From the UHGV virus genome UHGV-0098481: 48,822 nucleotides of DNA. One strand, 5' to 3'. Shown piece by piece: positions 41,957 to 48,822 of the stretch. Positions within the stretch are counted from its first letter, which is position 1. Every line of letters starts with the position of its first letter. Position numbers and translations under genes: made by a program. A model generated the notes under the pieces. That model did no database searches. It was not told where the DNA came from and worked only from the letters and a program-made list of their open reading frames with translations. Source of the DNA: a virus.

Positions 41957-42190
41957 ATGTCGCTCGTAACTAAACAGGAGCCGACTTGTTCTGATTATTG
42001 GAAATCATTCCTTGATAGTCTTGCCGCTCTATATGGGCGGCATTCTTTTGGTCTGGAGAAAAATATGGAATACGAATTAATGAGAGTAATTGATTTTATC
42101 AGCGCGAAATGGGCTGAATTCGAAGCATTTTGTGAAGACAACGGAGACAACCCGGACGACATCATTGATGTTCTTGAAAAGAATCAATAG
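41957..42190 (+). CDS. Hypothetical early protein
   Basis: 77-aa acidic ORF. Confidence 0.5.
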   Translation: MSLVTKQEPTCSDYWKSFLDSLAALYGRHSFGLEKNMEYELMRVIDFISAKWAEFEAFCEDNGDNPDDIIDVLEKNQ

Positions 42191-42280
42191 CAAATAGCCG
42201 CCTGTTGGCGGCTTTACCGCATACCAATAACGCTTCACTCGAGGCGTTTTCGTTATGCAATCAAACAGAAGGAGCATCCT

Positions 42281-42451
42281 ATGCAACAGTTCGCTATTGC
42301 AGGGGCGGCATCGGTTCGCCCTTTCAACCCGATTTTATCGGTACAGCATTCACGAAAAAATATTTTAACCGGAGCAGACTTTAAACAACCAAGAATGAAA
42401 AGCTTGCTCGAAAAGCTTTGGGATATTTTGAAACAACAAGGCCGTCCATGA
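42281..42451 (+). CDS. CIII-like protein (FtsH inhibitor family)
   Basis: 56 aa, AAGGAG upstream; MQQFAIAG...SLLEKLWDILKQQG resembles lambda CIII (MQYAIAG...LIDILNQPG). Confidence 0.55.
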   Translation: MQQFAIAGAASVRPFNPILSVQHSRKNILTGADFKQPRMKSLLEKLWDILKQQGRP

Positions 42452-42606
42452 GTTTTACAGATAACTGGTCAGACGAAGAATTCATTCGTCAGATGAAAGA
42501 TTTAATCGGTAACGAAGGAGATATTCATGTCACTTGCAACCACAGTGAAGGAGAGCAAGTTACAGAGACGCATGTACACGCAGAAAGCTCTCTGGTATCG
42601 CCATAA
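42448..42606 (+). CDS. Small hypothetical protein (kil-equivalent position)
   Basis: ATG overlapping the CIII-like stop (ATGA), MSFTDNWSDEEF... Confidence 0.4.
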   Translation: MSFTDNWSDEEFIRQMKDLIGNEGDIHVTCNHSEGEQVTETHVHAESSLVSP

Positions 42607-42705
42607 TGGCGACCGCGAAGGAATGCGGGTATGCCTTAATTTGTCACGAGTCGAAGTATTAAATCAGCGTTATTTCCTTGGGCCGTGTCCATTCTGAGGT
42701 GAATT

Positions 42706-43413
42706 ATGGATTTGAATAAATTCGATGAGCCATTCAGCCCTGAAGATATCGAATGGCGAATACAGCAAAGCGGTAAAACACGCGATGGCAAAGTGTGGGC
42801 TATGGTGCTGGCTTATGTCACGAACCGGGCAATCATGAAACGCCTGGACGATGTTTGCGGCAAAGCAGGATGGCGCAATGAATACCGCGATATTCCCAAC
42901 AACGGCGGAGTTGAATGCGGCATATCAATCAAGATTGATTCCGAATGGGTAACCAAATGGGATGCTGCTGAAAACACGCAGGTAGAAGCCGTCAAAGGTG
43001 GTCGTTCCGGTGCAATGAAGCGCGCTGCCGTTCAGTGGGGAATCGGTCGGTATCTGTATAACCTTGAGGAAGGTTTCGCACAAACATCTCTCGATAAAAA
43101 GCAGGGATGGCACAGGGCAAAACTGAAAGATGGAACAGGATTTTACTGGTCCCCTCCATCGCTGCCGGGATGGGCAATGCCAGCATCTGGCAATCAACCA
43201 TCACCAGAAAATACCAACCAGAAATCTCCATCGGTTGACTGCGAACAAATCCTGAAAGACTTCAGCGATTATGCATCGACAGAAACTGACAAGAAAAAAC
43301 TCATAGAACGTTATCAGCATGACTGGCAATTAATGGCTGGCAATGAGGATGCGCAGGCTAAATGCGTTCAGGTAATGAACATCAGAGTTAACGAACTAAA
43401 ACAGGCGGCATAA
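42706..43413 (+). CDS. erf: Single-strand annealing recombinase, Erf/Rad52-like
   Basis: 235 aa; C-terminal ...ILKDFSDYASTETDKKKLIERYQHDWQL...CVQVMNIRVNELKQ matches P22 Erf C-terminal domain; N-terminal part carries GIGRYLY. Confidence 0.8.
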   Translation: MDLNKFDEPFSPEDIEWRIQQSGKTRDGKVWAMVLAYVTNRAIMKRLDDVCGKAGWRNEYRDIPNNGGVECGISIKIDSEWVTKWDAAENTQVEAVKGGRSGAMKRAAVQWGIGRYLYNLEEGFAQTSLDKKQGWHRAKLKDGTGFYWSPPSLPGWAMPASGNQPSPENTNQKSPSVDCEQILKDFSDYASTETDKKKLIERYQHDWQLMAGNEDAQAKCVQVMNIRVNELKQAA

Positions 43414-43920
43414 ATGGCAAGCAGAGGCGTAAATAAGGTGATTATCCTTGGTCGGGTAGGACAAGACCCGGAAGTTCGATACTCACCATCAGGTACAGCG
43501 TTCGCTAACCTGACAATAGCCACTTCAGAACAATGGCGAGATAAAAATACTGGCGAGCAAAAGGAATTGACTGAATGGCATCGTGTTGCTGTATCCGGGA
43601 AACTGGCTGAGGTCGTGGGGAAGTATGTGAAAAAAGGTGATCAGATTTATTTCGAGGGAATGCTGAGAACCAGAAAGTGGAAAGACCAGTCAGGGCAAGA
43701 CCGTTACACAACCGAGGTTCATGTCGGAATTAATGGCGTGATGCAAATGCTTGGCGGAATTGGCGACAGCAAACAACAAGCAGCCAGCAGGCAATCACAG
43801 AAGCCACAGCAGCAATCATCACCAGCACAACACAACGAACCACCGATGAATTTTGACGACGATATACCCTTTGCACCAGTAACTCTCCCCTTCCCTCGTC
43901 ACGCTATTCACGCAATTTAA
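43414..43920 (+). CDS. ssb: Single-stranded DNA-binding protein SSB with C-terminal extension
   Basis: OB-fold N-terminus ([18 protein letters not shown]...), Gln/Pro-rich linker, canonical ...NFDDDIPF followed by 15 extra residues ([15 protein letters not shown]). Confidence 0.85.
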   Translation: MASRGVNKVIILGRVGQDPEVRYSPSGTAFANLTIATSEQWRDKNTGEQKELTEWHRVAVSGKLAEVVGKYVKKGDQIYFEGMLRTRKWKDQSGQDRYTTEVHVGINGVMQMLGGIGDSKQQAASRQSQKPQQQSSPAQHNEPPMNFDDDIPFAPVTLPFPRHAIHAI

Positions 43921-43933
43921 TCAGGAGAAAATC

Positions 43934-44230
43934 ATGCCAGCGCCTCTGTATGGTGCGGATGACGCGCGCCGCTGTTCCGGCAATTCCGTATCGGAGGTGC
44001 TGGATAAATTCAGAAAAAACTACGATCGGATAATGTCGCTACCGCAGGAAACGAAAGAGGAAAAGGAATTTCGCCATTGTATATGGCTTGCAGAGAAAGA
44101 AGAACGCGAGCGAATTTACCAGACATCAATCCGACCATTCCGCAAAGCCACATATACCCACTTCCCTGAATATATCGACCCGCGCCTGCGTAATTACCGC
44201 TCACGCTATGGCGCTATCAGTAATGACTGA
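43934..44230 (+). CDS. Hypothetical early protein
   Basis: 98-aa ORF with AGGAG upstream. Confidence 0.5.
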   Translation: MPAPLYGADDARRCSGNSVSEVLDKFRKNYDRIMSLPQETKEEKEFRHCIWLAEKEERERIYQTSIRPFRKATYTHFPEYIDPRLRNYRSRYGAISND

Positions 44231-44240
44231 GGAATTAACA

Positions 44241-44531
44241 ATGAAAACAATGAAGCTAAACATCGACCTCGGAAAATACGTTATTACCGGAACCAAACAC
44301 GACCTGATTCTTAGTGAAAGAGGAATTATCAAAGAAGGCGAGAATGCAGGGAAAGAAACACTAAGCCGTATCGGTTATTACAGCAAGTTTGAGCATCTGG
44401 TCAAAGAGTTATGCAACCGTGAAATCCTGTTATCTCAGGCGCAGACGCTACAGGATATTCAGCAGCATATCGAGACTTTAGGTGTATCACTTAGCATGGC
44501 TATTGACCAGTTCGTGGAGAGTAAATCATGA
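44241..44531 (+). CDS. Hypothetical early protein
   Basis: ORF 44088-44531, start chosen at [10 protein letters not shown] with GAGG upstream. Confidence 0.5.
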   Translation: MKTMKLNIDLGKYVITGTKHDLILSERGIIKEGENAGKETLSRIGYYSKFEHLVKELCNREILLSQAQTLQDIQQHIETLGVSLSMAIDQFVESKS

Positions 44532-44692
44532 GAGGACTTGCATACAATCCCGGCATTCTTCCGGCAGAAATGATTGTTCGCCAACGCGTAAAGCCAATGC
44601 CATCGAGAGAGGAATTGCTTAAGAGAAATTCTTTTCCATCAGTGAATCAAAACAAATATCTGAATGCGATGTTGCGGAGTGGGAAGAAATGA
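44528..44692 (+). CDS. Small hypothetical protein (54 aa)
   Basis: ATGA overlaps at both ends; below the ORF-track cutoff. Confidence 0.35.
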   Translation: MRGLAYNPGILPAEMIVRQRVKPMPSREELLKRNSFPSVNQNKYLNAMLRSGKK

Positions 44693-45108
44693 AACAAATG
44701 TCACTAATTGAGATGGATGGTTTTCTGAAAGGTAAATGCATCCCATGTGATTTAAAGGTTAACGAAACAAACGCTGAATATCTGGTGCGTAAATTTGCTG
44801 AAGCGGAGGCCAAGTGCGCGTCGCTAGCAGCGGAGAATGCGGCGCTTAAACAGTCGGAGAAGGAATTTAATAACTTCTGTCGTCAGGAGTACTACGGTTG
44901 GGAGGGCGACTTCACGGAAACCCCAGCCACCGATGCTTTCCTGGCTGAAGTACGGGCGCAGGGGGTAGAGATGTACGCAGATAACCTCGACAACGGAGCA
45001 GACGACGCAGAACGAGGTGGTTTTGATTATGCCGTTAAGTTTCTACGCAGTGAAGCGTCTGGTGTACGTTTGTTCGCCGACCAGCTTCGCAAAGGAGGCA
45101 ACCAGTGA
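44689..45108 (+). CDS. Ead/Ea22-like early protein
   Basis: 139 aa; composition and position typical of lambdoid Ead/Ea22-family proteins; assignment from memory. Confidence 0.5.
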   Translation: MKQMSLIEMDGFLKGKCIPCDLKVNETNAEYLVRKFAEAEAKCASLAAENAALKQSEKEFNNFCRQEYYGWEGDFTETPATDAFLAEVRAQGVEMYADNLDNGADDAERGGFDYAVKFLRSEASGVRLFADQLRKGGNQ

Positions 45109-45542
45109 GCGAAATTAATTACCAGGCACTGCGTGAGGCGGCACAGAACGCGAAAGATTTAGGTGGGATTAAGAATTACAAGCGAGGTGAGCAAGCTGTT
45201 GCCGAATTTGAGTCCTTAATAACGCCACACATTGTGCTGACACTGCTGGATGAACGGGAAAGAAACCAGCAATACATCAAACGCCGCGACCAGGAGAACG
45301 AGGAGATTGCGCTTACGGTTGGGAGGCTGCGCGTTGAGCTTGAGGCAGAAAAACAGCGGGCAAAGGATCTGTTTATGGAAAATGCTCGGCTTAAGTCAGG
45401 TATAGCCGGTCTGATACACCTCGGTATTCGATATGCAGATGTTGAGGTCATGAAAATTGCTGGAGATGCCCAGCTTTCTACCCCATGCACTGACAGCATC
45501 ATAAACAGCATTGCAACAGGCATTCGCATCAAAGGAGAGTGA
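45105..45542 (+). CDS. Hypothetical early protein (coiled-coil)
   Basis: 145 aa, overlapping start/stop with neighbours. Confidence 0.5.
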   Translation: MSEINYQALREAAQNAKDLGGIKNYKRGEQAVAEFESLITPHIVLTLLDERERNQQYIKRRDQENEEIALTVGRLRVELEAEKQRAKDLFMENARLKSGIAGLIHLGIRYADVEVMKIAGDAQLSTPCTDSIINSIATGIRIKGE

Positions 45543-45543
45543 T

Positions 45544-45741
45544 ATGGATAAAAATACCCCTGCTTACTGGAGTCTATCACTTGATACCGAATGCCCGAAA
45601 TGCGGTCACAATTTCGATCTACTTTGTGATGCTGATTTCTGGGAGTTTTCTGGAGCAAAACAGGCATGTGAAGAAATAACAGGTTACGAAACATGCTGTC
45701 CAGAATGCAACCATGAATTTAAAACAGATTTCGTGTATTGA
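45544..45741 (+). CDS. Small zinc-ribbon protein
   Basis: Start at MDKNTPAYW; two CxxC pairs (CPKCGH...CCPECNH). Confidence 0.5.
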   Translation: MDKNTPAYWSLSLDTECPKCGHNFDLLCDADFWEFSGAKQACEEITGYETCCPECNHEFKTDFVY

Positions 45742-45751
45742 GGCATAACAA

Positions 45752-46375
45752 ATGACCACCTTTACTAAAGAACAACTAATTGATCATATTAATGATCGCA
45801 AAGATGTCCGTCAGAGAATGTTGGAAACTGCGACGATTTCTTCTGGATTCAGAGAATATCTTGAAAGAGAGCTTGCCACCGATCGGATTGCCCTGGCGTC
45901 GCTGGAAGCAAAACCAATAGGTGCATTCCACATTGCAGAACAGCAAGTTGAAGGCACAAGTGACTATCTCAAGGATGGAGAATGGCCTATTGATAATGGA
46001 ATTATTGAGGTCTACGCCGCTCCACCCGTTCCAGTAGTACCGGAAGAAAAACCAATGCCTAATCCTCTTAGCATGTACGCGGTTGATGCTGTTGCCGCTA
46101 TTGCAGAGGTGAGAGGATGGAACGCCTGCCGCGCAGCCATACTTCAGAGTCAAGATAGGGGCATTAAGGATGGTTGGATAAGCTGTAGTGAGCGAATGCC
46201 AGATGATGGTCAGCACGTAATTATTTTATGTGATGGCGCATTCGTTCTTTATGCGCAATATCGAGACGGTGAGTTTTTTGATGTCGTCCGCAATGGTGAG
46301 GAGTTCTTCGAAACACAGAGCCGCAATGTAACACACTGGATGCCGCTACCGGAACCGCCGCAGGAGGTGAAGTAA
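45752..46375 (+). CDS. DUF551-like prophage protein
   Basis: 207 aa; C-terminal ...HVIILCDGAF...THWMPLPEPP pattern typical of DUF551. Confidence 0.55.
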   Translation: MTTFTKEQLIDHINDRKDVRQRMLETATISSGFREYLERELATDRIALASLEAKPIGAFHIAEQQVEGTSDYLKDGEWPIDNGIIEVYAAPPVPVVPEEKPMPNPLSMYAVDAVAAIAEVRGWNACRAAILQSQDRGIKDGWISCSERMPDDGQHVIILCDGAFVLYAQYRDGEFFDVVRNGEEFFETQSRNVTHWMPLPEPPQEVK

Positions 46376-46653
46376 TGGACTCCTTCGCGAAATATACAAT
46401 TATTGACTGGATAGCCTTCCTTCAGGTTTTGCTCATCTGGTTTTATATGGCTTACAGGAGTGGACAGTGGATTGTCAGTTTAGCCTGTAGCAAGGGATGG
46501 CGTTGGTGGAACAGAAAGAATAAAAAAGCACTGGCATTGGATTCGTTTTACGAAGCATTCAATCTTAACAGCCTTCAGCCTGGTTCTGTCATTGTAGTCA
46601 CCATTCAAAGCGGCATGACCATTCAGATTCATAAACCAAAAGAGGAAAAATGA
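46375..46653 (+). CDS. Hypothetical small membrane protein
   Basis: 92 aa, hydrophobic N-terminal segment. Confidence 0.45.
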   Translation: MDSFAKYTIIDWIAFLQVLLIWFYMAYRSGQWIVSLACSKGWRWWNRKNKKALALDSFYEAFNLNSLQPGSVIVVTIQSGMTIQIHKPKEEK

Positions 46654-46811
46654 TGTGGCCTATATGTGTTAATTGCGGACGGATGTGCCTATCTGGATGG
46701 TGCCGAAAGTGCGACAAATGCACGAAGCAAAGACAATAACAATCCTCGCATTCGCGGGGCTTTCTTTTATCTGAACTCGCTACGGCGAGTTTTGTTTTAT
46801 GGAGATGATAA

Positions 46812-46979
46812 ATGCACTTCCGAGTCACAGGTGAATGGAATGGAGAACCATTCAACAGAGTTATCGAAGCAGAGGACATCAACGACTGCTATAACCACTG
46901 GATGATATGGGCGCAGATAGCACATGCAGACGTAACCAATATTCGAATTGAAGAACTGAAAGAACACCAATCCGCCTGA
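46812..46979 (+). CDS. Small hypothetical protein (55 aa)
   Basis: GGAG upstream; ends inside the terminator hairpin. Confidence 0.4.
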   Translation: MHFRVTGEWNGEPFNRVIEAEDINDCYNHWMIWAQIAHADVTNIRIEELKEHQSA

Positions 46980-46993
46980 TGGCGGTTTTTTAT
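46972..46993 (+). terminator. Rho-independent terminator/attenuator upstream of the xis-int segment
   Basis: ccgcc-tgat-ggcgg hairpin followed by TTTTTTATT. Confidence 0.6.
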
Positions 46994-47005
46994 TGGAGAC
47001 AAGAA

Positions 47006-47350
47006 ATGTCAGATTTGGCTATGAAGGTTTTGAAATGGCAATCGACTGGCGATGTTGGCATCAGTAGCGCAACTCTTGCCTCAATCGCATGTGGACTGAA
47101 AAAGAATATCTATGGTCATCACTTCGGCGCTCCACATGACGCAGCCGATTTCAGACGATGCGTTGCACTTGTTGAGCAGATTCCAGAAATCAGAGATTCA
47201 TTCGACAAGGTTGCAAAGCGCGTTCCGGCATTCAAAGGAATCCTCAACGAATGGGATTCACTCGTTGCTCTGTTGAAGTCTGAAATGAAGACGTACGGGA
47301 ACAAAGCACCAGAGACTTACAGAAGAATCAGCGAGCTACGCAAGGACTAA
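47006..47350 (+). CDS. Hypothetical protein
   Basis: ORF 46979-47350, start chosen at MSDLAMKV with GGAGA upstream. Confidence 0.5.
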   Translation: MSDLAMKVLKWQSTGDVGISSATLASIACGLKKNIYGHHFGAPHDAADFRRCVALVEQIPEIRDSFDKVAKRVPAFKGILNEWDSLVALLKSEMKTYGNKAPETYRRISELRKD

Positions 47351-47437
47351 CCCGCCTCACACTCGATGAGGCCTGTCCATTTCTCAAGATATCCAGACCT
47401 ACCGCAATAATACCAACTCAATAAATGGAGATTCCAA

Positions 47438-47785
47438 GTGGAAGAAGAAATCTTCACTCGTGAAGAGGCAGCATCGTATCTGAAGGTAGACAAAGGCACT
47501 ATCACGCAGTGGATACGAAGTGGACGACTTCAGGCCGCAAAGATAAATCCAGATAAACCTAAAAGCCCATATCGCATTTGCAAGTCAGACTGCATTGCGG
47601 CGCTTAAGTCTGTAAGACACAATAGCGCGGTGAATGCGGTTGATGTGCAGGAGGTTAAAGCATGTCAATCAAACTACGCGGTGGCACGTGGCACTGTGAT
47701 TTCGTCGCGCCAGATGGATCAAGAGTTAGACGCTCTCTTGAAACATCGGACAAAAGGCAAGCGCAAGAACTTCACGATCGTCTGA
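47438..47785 (+). CDS. xis: Excisionase (HTH, AlpA/Xis family)
   Basis: 115 aa; ...FTREEAASYLKVDKGTITQWIRSGRL... HTH; 3' end overlaps int start. Confidence 0.7.
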   Translation: MEEEIFTREEAASYLKVDKGTITQWIRSGRLQAAKINPDKPKSPYRICKSDCIAALKSVRHNSAVNAVDVQEVKACQSNYAVARGTVISSRQMDQELDALLKHRTKGKRKNFTIV

Positions 47786-48822
47786 AAGCAGAAGCGTGGA
47801 GAGTAAAAAATCTCGGGGAATCACCGAAAAAGCTATTCAAGGAAGCCTGCATACGGTGGCTGCGTGATAAATCGGATAAGAAGTCCATTGATGATGACAA
47901 GAGCATTATATCGTTCTGGATGTTGCACTTCAGAGAAACCATTCTCTCTGACATAACAACAGAAAAAATAATGGAGGCGGTAGACGGGATGGAAAACCGC
48001 CGCCATCGCCTGAACTGGGAGATGAGCCGGGACAGGTGTTTGCGGCTTGGCAAGCCAGTGCCGGAGTATAAACCAAAGCTGGCAAGCAAAGGAACGAAGA
48101 CGCGGCATCTGGCAATACTTCGCGCTATTCTCAATATGGCTGTTGAATGGGGATGGCTTGACAGGGCGCCCAAAATATCAACACCACGCGTTAAGAATGG
48201 ACGAATCAGATGGCTTACAGAGGAGGAATCGAAGCGCCTGTTTGCAGAAATTGCTCCTCATTTCTTCCCTGTGGTCATGTTTGCAATCACGACAGGCCTT
48301 CGCCGTTCCAACGTTACAGACCTTGAGTGGTCACAGGTCGATCTGGATAAGAAAATGGCATGGATGCACCCTGATGAAACAAAAGCTGGCAATGCGATCG
48401 GAGTTCCTCTTAACGAAACCGCATGCCAGATATTAAGAAAACAGCAGGGTCTCCATAAGAGATGGGTGTTTGTCCACACCAAACCTGCCTACCGAAGCGA
48501 CGGAACAAAAACAGCAGCGGTAAGGAAGATGAGAACCGACAGCAACAAGGCATGGAAGGGAGCGTTAAAGCGGGCAGGCATTAGCAACTTCCGCTTCCAT
48601 GACCTGAGGCATACCTGGGCAAGCTGGCTGGTTCAGTCCGGTGTCTCTCTTCTTGCACTTAAAGAGATGGGAGGATGGGAAACTCTCGAAATGGTTCAAA
48701 GATACGCTCACCTTTCAGCCGGGCATCTCACCGAGCACGCGAGCAAAATCGATGCGATTATAAGTCGCAATGGCACAAATACGGCACAAGAGGAGAACGT
48801 GGTTTACTTAAATATGAGGTAA
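47662..48822 (+). CDS. int: Tyrosine integrase, P22/lambdoid family
   Basis: 386 aa; aligns with P22 Int as remembered (…KDKRQAQELHDRLKAEAWRV…RFHDLRHTWASWLVQSGV…YAHL); stop codon is the last 3 nt of the window. Confidence 0.9.
   Translation: MSIKLRGGTWHCDFVAPDGSRVRRSLETSDKRQAQELHDRLKAEAWRVKNLGESPKKLFKEACIRWLRDKSDKKSIDDDKSIISFWMLHFRETILSDITTEKIMEAVDGMENRRHRLNWEMSRDRCLRLGKPVPEYKPKLASKGTKTRHLAILRAILNMAVEWGWLDRAPKISTPRVKNGRIRWLTEEESKRLFAEIAPHFFPVVMFAITTGLRRSNVTDLEWSQVDLDKKMAWMHPDETKAGNAIGVPLNETACQILRKQQGLHKRWVFVHTKPAYRSDGTKTAAVRKMRTDSNKAWKGALKRAGISNFRFHDLRHTWASWLVQSGVSLLALKEMGGWETLEMVQRYAHLSAGHLTEHASKIDAIISRNGTNTAQEENVVYLNMR

Overview
The window is a tandem array of horizontally acquired DNA joined at a tRNA-Thr attachment core. 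All calls are from reading the sequence and ORF translations against remembered protein families; no database search or computation was run. (1) 1-598: the end of an IS3-family insertion sequence (OrfA plus the start of OrfB, with an A6G frameshift motif), cut by the window start. (2) ~600-8764: an AT-rich integrative island with a P4-type tyrosine integrase (7416-8600), an unknown 321-aa cargo gene, and a three-gene operon (988-5869) whose architecture matches the Detocs defensive two-component family, but with an alpha/beta-hydrolase effector carrying a C-terminal hydrophobic anchor instead of the usual nucleosidase. This is the most interesting candidate in the window. (3) 8765-8810: a 46-nt 3' fragment of tRNA-Thr on the minus strand, read as the att core between the two elements. 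(4) 8811-48822: a ~40 kb mosaic lambdoid prophage that runs to the window end. It has a P22/Sf6-like morphogenesis module on the minus strand (small and large terminase, portal, scaffold, coat, gp4/10/26/14/7/20/16, tailspike), a lambda-type lysis cassette (S, R, Rz/Rz1), a lambda-type nin region (ninB-F, ninH, plus RusA, YbcO-like and a frameshifted Rha), an O-like initiator with ori iterons and a primase-helicase, and a lambda-type immunity region (cro, oR, cI, oL/pL). The pL operon carries a P22 gp24-like N, CIII-like, Erf-type SSAP, SSB and Ead/Ea22-like genes, ending in xis and a P22-family integrase. Accessory loci inside the prophage worth follow-up are a Panacea-domain antitoxin with an unknown partner between gp16 and the tailspike, an orphan mnt, a membrane coiled-coil gene in the sieA slot, and a three-ORF cassette where lambda has rexAB.
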